Shown here one piece after another: positions 1-9,320 of a DNA stretch of 32,000 nt. The notes below the pieces were generated by a model. That model did not search any database. It was not told where the DNA came from and worked only from the letters and a program-made list of their open reading frames with translations. Within the stretch, counting starts at the first letter, position 1. Each line of letters begins with the position of its first letter. The stretch is from Pseudomonas aeruginosa (lineage in GTDB: Bacteria > Pseudomonadota > Gammaproteobacteria > Pseudomonadales > Pseudomonadaceae), in the NCBI RefSeq assembly GCF_001457615.1, contig NZ_LN831024.1:1380001-1412000 (forward strand), given 5' to 3'. The position numbers were made by a program, and so were the translations under genes.

Positions 1-465
1 CAGGCGCCCGGTGACCGCCCAGTTGTCGGCGAACAGCAGCTTCCAGGGGCTCGATTCGCTGTCCGGCGATTGTCCCCAGAACACGCTGACCGGAATGATC
101 TGCGCGTCGTCGAGACCGTTCTGGCCGACCGCGGCGAGCATGCGCACCAGGGTCGGCGAGGCGCCGCGCTTATCCTGGCGGCCGAGCCAGTCGGGTTCGG
201 GCGTCAGGTAGAAGAACGCCGCCGGCTCGATGGCGTCGCCTACCGCTACCGGCATCACCGGACGCGGCAGCCCGGCCTTGCGGCATTCGGTATCCACTAC
301 CGCGAGATCGCTGACCGAAGGCTGTTGCAGCACGTAGAGCACCGGCTTGCTGCGGTCGATCTTCAGGGTGAAGGCCGATTGGTTGATGGTTTCCGAGCGT
401 ACCCAGAGGTACAGCAGGCGGCGCAGGGCGCCAAAACCAAAGCGGCGGAAAGGGTAGCGGGGCAT
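1..465 (-). CDS. plsB: Glycerol-3-phosphate acyltransferase PlsB, N-terminal part (gene runs off the left edge)
   Basis: The reverse-strand frame is open from an ATG (complement of 463..465) to the window edge. Translation [72 protein letters not shown]...[27 protein letters not shown] resembles the PlsB N-terminus. Confidence 0.82.
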   Translation of the reverse strand, partial: MPRYPFRRFGFGALRRLLYLWVRSETINQSAFTLKIDRSKPVLYVLQQPSVSDLAVVDTECRKAGLPRPVMPVAVGDAIEPAAFFYLTPEPDWLGRQDKRGASPTLVRMLAAVGQNGLDDAQIIPVSVFWGQSPDSESSPWKLLFADNWAVTGRL

Positions 466-654
466 ACGGTGTCTACTGGCAGTTGATCGGGACCCGGCGT
501 GACGGGCGCGGCTAGTTTGCCGCAATCCCCGGAGGGCCGCAAAAGAACGCAACGCGTCCTACGGCGAACGGCGGCGAACAGGTTGCGAATGTAGAACCTT
601 CGGCAGGCGTTCGGGTTCTGTCACGTTTTGCCAAGGTTCTCCCGATGCCCCGTA

Positions 655-685
655 TTGCCAGGCGGCGGGGCGCTTCGGCTATAGT
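655..685 (+). promoter_or_regulatory. Possible sigma70-like promoter for the ABC cluster (TTGCCA - 19 nt - TATAGT)
   Basis: Motif inspection only. The 19-nt spacer is longer than optimal. It lies about 60 nt upstream of the ABC ATPase start. Confidence 0.25.
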
Positions 686-748
686 CCCTGCGCGTTTTTC
701 GCGGCCCTGGCCGGACATGGCGGCGGCCGCCGGAACAGGTAGGGGACC

Positions 749-1672
749 ATGATCGAAACAAGAAACCTCGGCAAACGCTTCGGCTCGCGGGTGGCGGTGG
801 ACGACCTGTCCTTCCAGGTGGCGACGGGGGAGGTACTGGGCTTCCTCGGTCCGAACGGCGCCGGCAAGTCCACCACCATGAAGATGCTCACCGGCTTCCT
901 GGCGCCCAGCGCCGGCACCGCGAGCATCTTCGGCTTCGACATCCGCAACCGCACGCTGCAGGCGCAGCGGCTGATCGGCTACCTCCCGGAAGGTTCGCCC
1001 TGCTACGCGGAAATGACCGTGCAGGGCTTCCTCGATTTCATCGCCGAGATCCGTGGCTACCGTGGTGCCGGCAAGCGCGAGCGGGTCGCCCGGGCACTGG
1101 GGCTGCTGGAACTGGACGAGGTGCGCCGGCAGACCATCGAAACCCTCTCCAAGGGCTTCCGCCGGCGTGTCGGCCTGGCCCAGGCGATCCTCCACGAACC
1201 GCGGGCGCTGGTGCTCGACGAGCCCACCGACGGGCTCGATCCGAACCAGAAGCACCAGGTCCGCGAACTGATCCGCGGCCTCGCGCAGGAGCGCATCGTG
1301 ATCATCTCCACCCATATCCTCGAGGAAGTCTCGGCGCTGTGCAGCCGCGCCCTGGTGATCGGCGGCGGGCGGCTGCTGGCGGACAGCACGCCGCTGGAGC
1401 TGGCCAGCCGCTCGCGCTACCACCAGGCGGTGACGCTCTACAGCGACGAGCCCCTGGATGCCGTGGCGCTGGCGGTGCTGCCGGGCGTGGCGGGCATCGA
1501 GGAGAACCCCGCCGAAGGCAGCCTGACCGTCCTGGCGCAGCCGGGCGCGGTGATCTTCCCCCAGGTCAGCGGGCTGGTCGCCGAGCGCGGCTGGCGGATC
1601 CGCGAACTGGACGTGGAGCGCGGCCGGCTCGACGAGGTATTCCGCAACCTGACCCGGGGGACGGAGGCATGA
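749..1672 (+). CDS. ABC transporter ATP-binding protein, GldA/CcmA-like
   Basis: 307-aa ORF with Walker A (GPNGAGKST), a degenerate signature (LSKGFRRRVGLAQAI), Walker B (ALVLDEPTDGLDP) and an H-loop (STHIL). Confidence 0.95.
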   Translation: MIETRNLGKRFGSRVAVDDLSFQVATGEVLGFLGPNGAGKSTTMKMLTGFLAPSAGTASIFGFDIRNRTLQAQRLIGYLPEGSPCYAEMTVQGFLDFIAEIRGYRGAGKRERVARALGLLELDEVRRQTIETLSKGFRRRVGLAQAILHEPRALVLDEPTDGLDPNQKHQVRELIRGLAQERIVIISTHILEEVSALCSRALVIGGGRLLADSTPLELASRSRYHQAVTLYSDEPLDAVALAVLPGVAGIEENPAEGSLTVLAQPGAVIFPQVSGLVAERGWRIRELDVERGRLDEVFRNLTRGTEA

Positions 1673-2403
1673 AGCAACTGCCGGTGATCTTCAAGCGCGA
1701 GCTGGCGAGTTATTTCGCCACGCCGCTGGCCTATGTGTTCATCGTGATCTTCCTGGTCCTGGCGGGCGTGTTCACCTTCTACCTGGGCAACTTCTACGAA
1801 CGCAACCAGGCCGACCTGGCCTCCTTCTTCGCCTTCCATCCCTGGCTCTACCTGTTCCTGGTTCCCGCGCTGGCCATGCGCCTGTGGGCGGAGGAGCGCA
1901 AGTCCGGCTCGATCGAGCTGCTGATGACCCTGCCGCTGACCCGCTTCGAAGCCGTGGCCGGCAAGTTCCTGGCCGCCTGGGCGTTCGCCGGAATCGCACT
2001 GCTGCTGACCTTCCCCATGGTGCTCACGGTGAACTACCTGGGCGAGCCGGACAACGGTGCGATTCTCGCCGGCTACCTGGGCAGTTGGCTGCTGGCCGGC
2101 GGCTACCTGGCCATCGGTTCGTGCATGTCGGCCCTGGCGAAGAACCAGGTGATCGCTTTCATCCTCGCCGTGGCCGCCTGCTTCCTGTTCATGCTCAGCG
2201 GCTTTCCGCTGGTGCTCGATGCGTTCAGCCAGTGGGCGCCGCAGTGGTTGCTCGATGCGGTGGCCTCGCTGAGCCTGCTGACCCGCTTCGATGCCGTCAG
2301 CAAGGGCGTCATCGACCTGCGCGACCTGCTGTATTTCGTCAGCCTGATCGTCGCCTGGCTGGCCGCCACGGCGGTGGCGGTCGAGCTGAAGAAAGCCGAA
2401 TGA
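1669..2403 (+). CDS. ABC-2 type transporter permease, GldF-like
   Basis: ORF opening with MKQLPVIFKRELASYFATPLAYVFIVIFLVLAGVFTFYLGNFY, several hydrophobic segments and the motif LYLFLVPALAMRLWAEERKSGSIELLMTLPLT. The ATG overlaps the upstream stop (ATGA). The track start at 1339 is an over-extension in the frame. Confidence 0.93.
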   Translation: MKQLPVIFKRELASYFATPLAYVFIVIFLVLAGVFTFYLGNFYERNQADLASFFAFHPWLYLFLVPALAMRLWAEERKSGSIELLMTLPLTRFEAVAGKFLAAWAFAGIALLLTFPMVLTVNYLGEPDNGAILAGYLGSWLLAGGYLAIGSCMSALAKNQVIAFILAVAACFLFMLSGFPLVLDAFSQWAPQWLLDAVASLSLLTRFDAVSKGVIDLRDLLYFVSLIVAWLAATAVAVELKKAE

Positions 2404-2413
2404 GGGGGAGTCG

Positions 2414-4261
2414 ATGAAACGCGTGTTGTCCTCTGGCGCCGGGCTGTTGCTGATCGCGCTGGCGTTCCTGGCCTTCAACATGGTCTCCGGCCTGCTGTTC
2501 AGCGGCGCGCGGCTCGACCTGACCGAGCAGAAGCTCTACACCATCAGCCCCGGCACCAAGCGGATCCTGGCCGGCCTCGACGAGCCGATCAACCTGTACT
2601 TCTTCTATTCGGATAGCGGTGCCCGGGAACTGGTGCCGCTGCGCAACTACGCCAGGCGCGTCGAGGAACTGCTGCGCGCCTACGAGCGCGAGGCGAACGG
2701 CAGGATTCGCCTGCAGGTGATCGATCCCGAGCCGTTCTCCGAGAACGAGGACAAGGCCACCGAGTTCGGCCTGCAAGGAGTTCCCCTGCAGCAGGGCGGC
2801 GACAACCTGTACTTCGGCCTGGCCGGCAGCAACGCCCTGGACGGAGTCCAGGTCATACCCTTCTTCCCGCTCGATCAGGAGGAGTTCCTCGAATACGACA
2901 TCAGCCGTCTGGTGCAGACCCTGGCCCAGCCGCAGCGGCCGGTGGTCGGCCTGATGTCGTCGCTGCCGCTCAATGGCGGCTTCGACATGGCCAGCCGGCA
3001 GCCGACCTCGCCGTGGATGGTCATGGAGGAAATCCGCCAGCAATTCGACCTGCGCAGCCTCAAGAGCGATGCCACGGAAATCCCGCCGGAGGTCTCGGTG
3101 CTGCTGCTGGTGCATCCCAAGCAGTTACCCGAGCAGACGCTATACGCCATCGACCAGTTCGTCCTGCGCGGGGGCAAGCTGCTGGCGTTCGTCGACCCCT
3201 TCAGCGAGGCCGACAGCGGCAGCGATTTCGCCGCTACGCTGGATGGCGACAAGTCGTCCGACCTCGCGCCGCTGTTCGAGGCCTGGGGGCTGCGGCTGCT
3301 GCCGGGCAAGGTGCTCGGCGACGGCGCCTATGCGATGTCCATCAGTCTTGGCCGGGACCAGCGTCCGGCCCGGCATCCGGCCTGGCTCAGCTTGCCGCGC
3401 GAGGCGCTGGACCAGGACGACATCGCCACTGCTGGCCTGGAAAGCCTGACCCTGGCGACGCCCGGTATCCTCGAAAGGCTCCCCGGAGCGAGCACCAGCT
3501 TCACGCCTTTGCTGCAAAGCTCGACCCAGGCGATGCCATTCGACGCCTCGCGCTTCGGCCTGCTGCGCGACCCCGGCGATCTGATGCGCGAGCTGCGCCC
3601 GAGCGGCCGACGGCATACTCTCGCCGCCCGTATCCAGGGGCCGGCGAAGAGTGCCTTCGCGGAGGGCATCGAGGGGCATCGGGAAGGCCTGAAGGAGGCG
3701 CGCAACATCAATGTCATCGTCGTGGCCGATACCGACCTGCTCAGCGATCGCATGTGGGTCCAGGTGCAGGACTTCTTCGGCCAGCGCGTGCCGCAGCCCT
3801 GGGCCGACAACGGCGCGCTGGTGGTCAACGCGCTGGACAACCTGTCGGGCACCGACGCGCTGATCAGCGTGCGCTCCCGCGGCCGGTTCAGCCGGCCGTT
3901 CGTGGTGGTCGAGCGCCTGCAGCGCGAGGCCGAGACGAGCTTCCGGCAAAAGGAGGACCAGCTCAAGCAGCGCCTCGCCGATACCGAGCAGCAACTCGCC
4001 GCCCTCCAGCAGGGCGCCGCCCCGGAGAAGGCCGTCGAACTGACGCCCGAACAGCAGGCCACGGTGCGCCAGTACATGCAGGAGAAGCTGCGCATCCGCA
4101 AGGAGCTGCGCGAGGTGCAGTACCAGTTGAACGCCGATATCGACGCACTGGGCCGCACCCTGAAGCTGGTCAATATCGCCCTGGTTCCCTCGTTGCTCAC
4201 GGTCGGCGTGCTGCTCGGCTGGCTCTGGCGGCGCTGGCGCATGGCCCGGGGAGGGCATTGA
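2414..4261 (+). CDS. GldG-like ABC-type transport system auxiliary protein
   Basis: 615-aa ORF with N-terminal TM, 'DLTEQKLYTISPGTKRILAGLDEPINLYFFYSD' typical of GldG/ABC_transp_aux proteins, coiled-coil region near 3940-4110 and a C-terminal TM (IALVPSLLTVGVLLGWLWRRW). Confidence 0.9.
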   Translation: MKRVLSSGAGLLLIALAFLAFNMVSGLLFSGARLDLTEQKLYTISPGTKRILAGLDEPINLYFFYSDSGARELVPLRNYARRVEELLRAYEREANGRIRLQVIDPEPFSENEDKATEFGLQGVPLQQGGDNLYFGLAGSNALDGVQVIPFFPLDQEEFLEYDISRLVQTLAQPQRPVVGLMSSLPLNGGFDMASRQPTSPWMVMEEIRQQFDLRSLKSDATEIPPEVSVLLLVHPKQLPEQTLYAIDQFVLRGGKLLAFVDPFSEADSGSDFAATLDGDKSSDLAPLFEAWGLRLLPGKVLGDGAYAMSISLGRDQRPARHPAWLSLPREALDQDDIATAGLESLTLATPGILERLPGASTSFTPLLQSSTQAMPFDASRFGLLRDPGDLMRELRPSGRRHTLAARIQGPAKSAFAEGIEGHREGLKEARNINVIVVADTDLLSDRMWVQVQDFFGQRVPQPWADNGALVVNALDNLSGTDALISVRSRGRFSRPFVVVERLQREAETSFRQKEDQLKQRLADTEQQLAALQQGAAPEKAVELTPEQQATVRQYMQEKLRIRKELREVQYQLNADIDALGRTLKLVNIALVPSLLTVGVLLGWLWRRWRMARGGH

Positions 4262-4264
4262 CGC

Positions 4265-5245
4265 ATGCGGCGCAATACGCTGATCGTCCTGCTGGCGCTG
4301 GTGGCGGCGCTGGCCGGAACCTTCGCCTGGCTGCAGCGCGAGCGCGCAGCCGAGGTACCTGCCTTGCCGGCGGCAGAGCGCTGGCTGCCGGAACTGGACA
4401 GCGCGACGCTGAGTGGCCTGCACATGCAGTTTGCCGACGGTTCGCCGGATATCCGGGTCGAGCGGCGTGCGGGCGCGTGGGTCCTGCCGGCCAAGGCCGA
4501 CTATCCGGCCGACCGGCTACGCTTGTCGGCGCTGCTCGAGGCACTGGCAGAGGCGCGCAAGGTCGAGGCGAAGAGCGCCAACCCGAAGAACCACGCGCTG
4601 CTTGGCCTGGCGGAGCGTGGCGAGGGGCAGGCGCTACGCCTGAGCCTGCATTGGCAGTCCGACGAGCCTCTGGTGCTGCTGGTGGGCAAGGATGCGCAGC
4701 ATGGCGGTAGCTTCGTACGACGACTGGGCGACCCGCAGGCCTGGCTGATCGACAAGCGCCTGCCGTTGCCGAACAACGAGCTGGAGTGGCTCGACCGGCG
4801 GATCGCCACGCTGCCCTTCGCCCGGGTGCGCGAACTGCAACTGCGCTATCCGAAGGGCGAACGCCTGGATCTCTATCGCGACGACGCCGGGCAGCCGAAC
4901 CTGCAGGTTCGGCAATTGCCCACAGGGCGCAAGCTGGCCTATGAGGCAGCGGCCAACGGCGCGGCGACGCTGTTCGCCGACCTGCGTTTCGCCGATGTAG
5001 CGCCGCTGGCGCAGGTGGGATTCAGGCAGGCGCCATTGCTCCTGGCGTTCAGCCTGCGGACGTTTTCCGGCGCGCGCCTGGATGGCGAGATTCGGCGCCA
5101 GGGCGAGCAATACTGGTTGTTGCCGAAGAGCGTCGAGGGCTTCGCCGAGGGCGAGGTCGCCGCCCATCCTGACTGGGCCTATCGGATCGAAGAGGACCGC
5201 TACCGCGCCCTGGCCCGGCACCTGCCGGAGCTGCTGGCGCGCTGA
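4265..5245 (+). CDS. DUF4340 domain-containing protein
   Basis: 326-aa ORF directly after the gldG-like gene, with an N-terminal signal anchor (MRRNTLIVLLALVAALAGTFAWLQ) and the typical DUF4340 position in Gld-like clusters. Family assigned from recall. Confidence 0.82.
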   Translation: MRRNTLIVLLALVAALAGTFAWLQRERAAEVPALPAAERWLPELDSATLSGLHMQFADGSPDIRVERRAGAWVLPAKADYPADRLRLSALLEALAEARKVEAKSANPKNHALLGLAERGEGQALRLSLHWQSDEPLVLLVGKDAQHGGSFVRRLGDPQAWLIDKRLPLPNNELEWLDRRIATLPFARVRELQLRYPKGERLDLYRDDAGQPNLQVRQLPTGRKLAYEAAANGAATLFADLRFADVAPLAQVGFRQAPLLLAFSLRTFSGARLDGEIRRQGEQYWLLPKSVEGFAEGEVAAHPDWAYRIEEDRYRALARHLPELLAR

Positions 5246-5251
5246 GCGGGC

Positions 5252-5674
5252 TCAGCCGGCGGTCTGGCCGGCCAGTTCGCGCATGCGTTGTAGCACGGCG
5301 TTCAGGCCGTTGCTGCGCGAGGGCGACAGTTGGCGGGAAAGACCCAGGCAGGTGAACCAGTCGTTGAGGTCTAGGCGCGCCAGTTCGCGGGTCTCGATGC
5401 CGTCGACCCGTGCCAGCAGCACCGCCAGCAGGCCGCGGATCAGGCGCGCGTCGCTGTCGGCACGGAAGCGCCAGTGGCCGTCGCGCTGCTCGCCGAGCAG
5501 CCAGACCAGGCTTTCGCAACCGTGCACGCGATGCTCTTCCTGGCGTTCGTGTTCCGCGAGCGGCGCCAGGCGCTCGCCCCATTGCAGCAGCAGACGCGCA
5601 CGCTGTTCCCAACTGGCGGTGTGACCGAAGGCGTCCAGTGCCTCCTGGGCCTGTTCGGGGAGAACCGGGTTCAT
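5252..5674 (-). CDS. SufE/CsdE-family sulfur acceptor protein
   Basis: MNPVLPEQAQEALDAF...WEQRARLLLQWGERL...HRVHGCESLVWLLGEQRDGHWRFRADSDARLIRGLLAVLL, with the SufE HGCxSxVW motif. It follows a csdA-like gene. Confidence 0.92.
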   Translation of the reverse strand: MNPVLPEQAQEALDAFGHTASWEQRARLLLQWGERLAPLAEHERQEEHRVHGCESLVWLLGEQRDGHWRFRADSDARLIRGLLAVLLARVDGIETRELARLDLNDWFTCLGLSRQLSPSRSNGLNAVLQRMRELAGQTAG

Positions 5675-6876
5675 CGCAGCAACTCCAGTGAGCGGTCGAG
5701 AGCCAGGAAGAAGCGCTCCAGGTCGTCGGCATCGTTGTACAAGCCCAGCGAGACACGCAGGGCGCCGGGTACCTCGAGGCGTTGCAGCAGCGGCATCGCG
5801 CAATGGTGGCCGGCGCGCACCGCGATGCCCTGTTCGCCGAGCAGGTGGGCGAGATCGGCGACGTGCACGCCGTCGACGCAGAAGCTGGCCAGCGCCGCCT
5901 GCGGTTCGCCGAGCAGGCTGACGCCGTCGCGCGCCAGCAGGCCGGCGAGCAGGCGGGCGTGGAGGGCGCCTTCGTGGGCGGCGACTTCGGCTTCGTCCAG
6001 GGTGGCCAGCCAGTCGATGGTCGCGCCTAGGCCGATCGCCGCGGAAACCGCCGGGGTGCCCGCCTCGAAGCCGAGCGGAGCGGCATGGAAGCTGGCTTCG
6101 TGGAAGCCGGTGTGGCGTACCATCTCGCCGCCGAACTGCCAGTGCGCCAGTTGCTCCAGGGCCTGTGGGCGACCCCAGAGCACGCCGATGCCGTCGGGGC
6201 CGTAGAGCTTGTGGCCGGAGAATGCGTAGAAGTCGCAGCCCAGGCCCGGCAGGTCGTGGCGTCCGTGGACGCTGCCCTGGGCGCCGTCGACCAGGGTCCA
6301 GGCACCGCGCTCGCGGGCCAGCTGGATCAACTCCACCACCGGTTGCCAGGTGCCGAGAACGTTGGACAACTGGCTGATCGCCAGCAGGCGGGTACGCTCG
6401 CCGATGATATGGCGGGCCTGCTCCAGGTCGATCACCCCGCGCTCGTCCAGCGGCAACACGCGCAGGACCAGGCCGCGGCGCAGGGCCAACTGCTGCCAGG
6501 GAAGCAGGTTGGCATGGTGTTCCAGGGCACTGACCAGCAGTTCGTCGCCAGGCCGGAAATGCCGCTCCAGGCCATAGGCCACCAGGTTGATCGCCTCTGT
6601 GGTGCCGCGGGTGAACAGTACCTCGGCCGGGTTGCCGGCGTGCAGCCAGTGGGCGACGCGGCTGCGCGCGGCCTCGAAGGCCCGGGTGGCACGCTCGCCG
6701 GGGACATGTTGGGCGCGGTGGACGTTGGCGGCGCCGCCGAGGTAGTAGCCGTTCAGGGCGTCGAGTACGGCCTGTGGCTTCTGGGCGGTGGCGGCGCTGT
6801 CGAGGTAGGTCAGGCCTTCCGCGGCGAAGGCGGAAAAGGCCGGAAAGTCGGCGCGCCAGGGAGACGGCAGGGACAT
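5671..6876 (-). CDS. csdA: Cysteine desulfurase, CsdA/SufS class (class V aminotransferase fold)
   Basis: MSLPSPWRADFPAFSAFAAEGLTYLDSAATAQKP...; PLP lysine region FYAFSGHKLYGPDGIGVLWG; C-terminal RAGHHCAMPLLQRL motif. The stop overlaps the start of the sufE-like gene. Confidence 0.92.
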   Translation of the reverse strand: MSLPSPWRADFPAFSAFAAEGLTYLDSAATAQKPQAVLDALNGYYLGGAANVHRAQHVPGERATRAFEAARSRVAHWLHAGNPAEVLFTRGTTEAINLVAYGLERHFRPGDELLVSALEHHANLLPWQQLALRRGLVLRVLPLDERGVIDLEQARHIIGERTRLLAISQLSNVLGTWQPVVELIQLARERGAWTLVDGAQGSVHGRHDLPGLGCDFYAFSGHKLYGPDGIGVLWGRPQALEQLAHWQFGGEMVRHTGFHEASFHAAPLGFEAGTPAVSAAIGLGATIDWLATLDEAEVAAHEGALHARLLAGLLARDGVSLLGEPQAALASFCVDGVHVADLAHLLGEQGIAVRAGHHCAMPLLQRLEVPGALRVSLGLYNDADDLERFFLALDRSLELLR

Positions 6877-6970
6877 GGCGGACACTGTGCGAGGACGGTT
6901 ACAGGGGAAAGGGTAGCGCACCCGGCGGCGCTGGCGAGCACCGTCGGGCGAGCGGGGAGGCGAGCTGGGC

Positions 6971-8005
6971 TCAGTTGTGCGCGTGCAGCGCTTCGTTCAG
7001 CTCGATGGCGGTCTTGTTGGTCTTGCACTCCACCGCACCGTTCTGCGAGTTGCGGCGGAACAGCAGGTCGGGCTGACCGGCCAGGTCGCGGGCCTTGACC
7101 ACTTTCACCAGGGCGTTCTGCTCGTCGAGCAGGGCGACCTTGGTGCCGGCGGTGATGTACAGGCCGGCCTCGACGATGTTGCGATCGCCCAGCGGGATGC
7201 CGATGCCGGCGTTGGCGCCGATCAGGCAGCCTTCGCCGACGCTGATGACGATGTTGCCGCCACCGGAAAGGGTGCCCATGGTCGAGCAGCCGCCGCCCAG
7301 GTCCGACCCCTTGCCGACGAACACGCCGGCGGATACGCGGCCTTCGATCATGCCCGGGCCTTCGGTGCCGGCGTTGAAGTTGACGAAACCTTCGTGCATC
7401 ACCGTGGTGCCTTCACCGATGTAGGCGCCCAGGCGCACGCGGGCGGTGTCGGCGATGCGTACGCCGGCCGGGACCACGTAGTCGGTCATCTTCGGGAACT
7501 TGTCGACGGAGAAGACTTCCAGCAGCTTGCCCTTCAGTCGCGCTTCCAGTTGCAGTTCGGCCAGTTCGGCCAGGTCCACCGCGCCGATGTTGGTCCAGGC
7601 CACGTTCGGCAGGAGCGGGAAGATGCCGCTCAGGTTCACAGCGTGCGGCTTGACCAGGCGGTGGGAGAGCAGGTGCAGCTTGAGGTAGGCCTCCGGGGTG
7701 GAGGACGGCGCGGCGTCTTCCGCCAACAGGGTGGCGACCAGCGGCTTCTGGCTTTCCGCCAGGCGCGAGAGCAGGGCCGACTGAGCGGCGTCGATACCCT
7801 TCAGGGCGTCGGCCAACTGGTAGGCCTGCTGCGAAGTGAAGGTCAGCGCCTGGTTGCCGGCTGCGTAGCCAAGGATCGGTGCGACGGCGGCGACGATTTC
7901 GCTCGAAGGCTTGAGCAGCGGCAGCGCGTAGAACACTTCCAGCCAGGCTTCCTGGCGGTTCTGGGTGCCGACGCCGAAGGCCAGGCTGAACAGGGATTGC
8001 GACAT
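6971..8005 (-). CDS. dapD: 2,3,4,5-tetrahydropyridine-2,6-dicarboxylate N-succinyltransferase
   Basis: 344 aa from MSQSLFSLAFGVGTQNRQ..., with a left-handed beta-helix region (IGEGTTVMHEGFVNFNAGTEG, GGGSTMGT-like, NIVISVGEGCLIGANAGIGIPLGDRNIVEAGLYITAGTKV). Confidence 0.95.
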   Translation of the reverse strand: MSQSLFSLAFGVGTQNRQEAWLEVFYALPLLKPSSEIVAAVAPILGYAAGNQALTFTSQQAYQLADALKGIDAAQSALLSRLAESQKPLVATLLAEDAAPSSTPEAYLKLHLLSHRLVKPHAVNLSGIFPLLPNVAWTNIGAVDLAELAELQLEARLKGKLLEVFSVDKFPKMTDYVVPAGVRIADTARVRLGAYIGEGTTVMHEGFVNFNAGTEGPGMIEGRVSAGVFVGKGSDLGGGCSTMGTLSGGGNIVISVGEGCLIGANAGIGIPLGDRNIVEAGLYITAGTKVALLDEQNALVKVVKARDLAGQPDLLFRRNSQNGAVECKTNKTAIELNEALHAHN

Positions 8006-8034
8006 GTGGGTTTCCTCGAAACGGAGTGGAACGG

Positions 8035-8658
8035 TCAGGCCGGACGGCGGCTGAGCAGCAGGCCCAGTCCCGCGCTGCCGAGCAGCGCGGCGCAACCGCG
8101 GTTGAACAGACGCCGGGCCCGCTGGCCGGCGAGCAGCCGGCCGAGGTGGAGCCCGGCATAGGAATAAAGAGCGATGGCCAGCCATTCGAGCAGCAGGAAT
8201 GCCGCTCCGAGCTGGGCGAACTGGGCGCCCAGCGGTTGGCCGGGATCGACGAACTGCGGCAGGAAGGCGGTGAAAATCAGGATCGCCTTCGGGTTGCCCG
8301 CCGCCACCAGGAACTCCTGGCGCCCCAGGCGCCAGAGGCTGGGACGCGCCGGGCTGGCTTCGTTCGCCAGTGGCTGCGCATCGGTCCGCCACAATTGCAC
8401 CGCAAGCCACAACAGGTAGGCAGCGCCGAGCACCTTGATCGCCAGGAACAGCCAGGCCGAGGTGTGCAGCACCAGCGCCAGCCCGGAGGCGGCCAGGGCG
8501 AGCATGCCGGCGAATGCCAGCAGGCGCCCGCCGCCGGCCAGCGAGGCGGTGGCGAAACCGTGCCGGGCGGCGTTGTTCAGCGACAGCAGGTTGTTCGGCC
8601 CCGGCGCCAGGTTGAGGGCGAAGCAGGCGGGTACGAACAGGGCCCAGGCGACACTCAT
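8035..8658 (-). CDS. LysE/RhtB-family amino-acid exporter
   Basis: 207 aa, MSVAWALFVPACFALNLAPGPNNLLSLNNAARHGF..., matching the LysE/RhtB signature and hydrophobic profile. Confidence 0.92.
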   Translation of the reverse strand: MSVAWALFVPACFALNLAPGPNNLLSLNNAARHGFATASLAGGGRLLAFAGMLALAASGLALVLHTSAWLFLAIKVLGAAYLLWLAVQLWRTDAQPLANEASPARPSLWRLGRQEFLVAAGNPKAILIFTAFLPQFVDPGQPLGAQFAQLGAAFLLLEWLAIALYSYAGLHLGRLLAGQRARRLFNRGCAALLGSAGLGLLLSRRPA

Positions 8659-8670
8659 GCGGCCTCCCGC

Positions 8671-9018
8671 TCAGGCCAGGGCGGCGGCGTAGGCGTCGGG
8701 CTTGAAGCCGACCAGCGTCCTGCCGCCCAGCTCCAGCACCGGGCGCTTGATCATCGACGGCTGGGCCAGCATCAGCTCGATCGCCTTGGCTTCGTCGAGA
8801 TCGGCCTTCTGCGCTTCGTCGAGCTTGCGGAAGGTGGTGCCGGCGCGGTTGAGGACGGTTTGCCAGCCGTGCTCCGCGCACCAGCGCCGCAGGTGTTCGC
8901 GGTCGATGCCGACGGCCTTGTAGTCGTGGAAGTCGTAGGCGACCTTGTGCTCGTCGAGCCAGGTCCGAGCCTTCTTCATGGTGTCGCAGGCTTTGATGCC
9001 GTAGAGAACGTAGGTCAT
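8671..9018 (-). CDS. ArsC/Spx-family (YffB-like) thioredoxin-fold protein
   Basis: 115 aa, MTYVLYGIKACDTMKKARTWLDEHKVAYDFHDYKAVGIDREHLRRW...RAGTTFRKL...MLAQPSMIKRPVLELGG. Confidence 0.92.
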   Translation of the reverse strand: MTYVLYGIKACDTMKKARTWLDEHKVAYDFHDYKAVGIDREHLRRWCAEHGWQTVLNRAGTTFRKLDEAQKADLDEAKAIELMLAQPSMIKRPVLELGGRTLVGFKPDAYAAALA

Positions 9019-9320
9019 TGCTTCTCCCGAGGCCCGGGTCTTCCCGGGCCCTGCCGATAGGTCGCCGAAAGGTGATCGCCGGATTATGCCACGTCGTTCC
9101 GCCCCTGTGCGGTCTCGGGGCTACCGCGCTCGGGAGCGGCGTGACGGCAGATAGCCGTGGACGGGCGGGCGGACAGGGAGCCGGGCTGTTTCCCTGGCCG
9201 GGAACGGAGAGAGCGCAGGTTGAACAGGTCGATTCGGCTCGCTGGAGAGCATCCTTACCGGTACTTTCGGAATGCTCCGGTCCGCGCTGTACAATCCTTC
9301 CCCCGCCGAGGAGATTTCCC

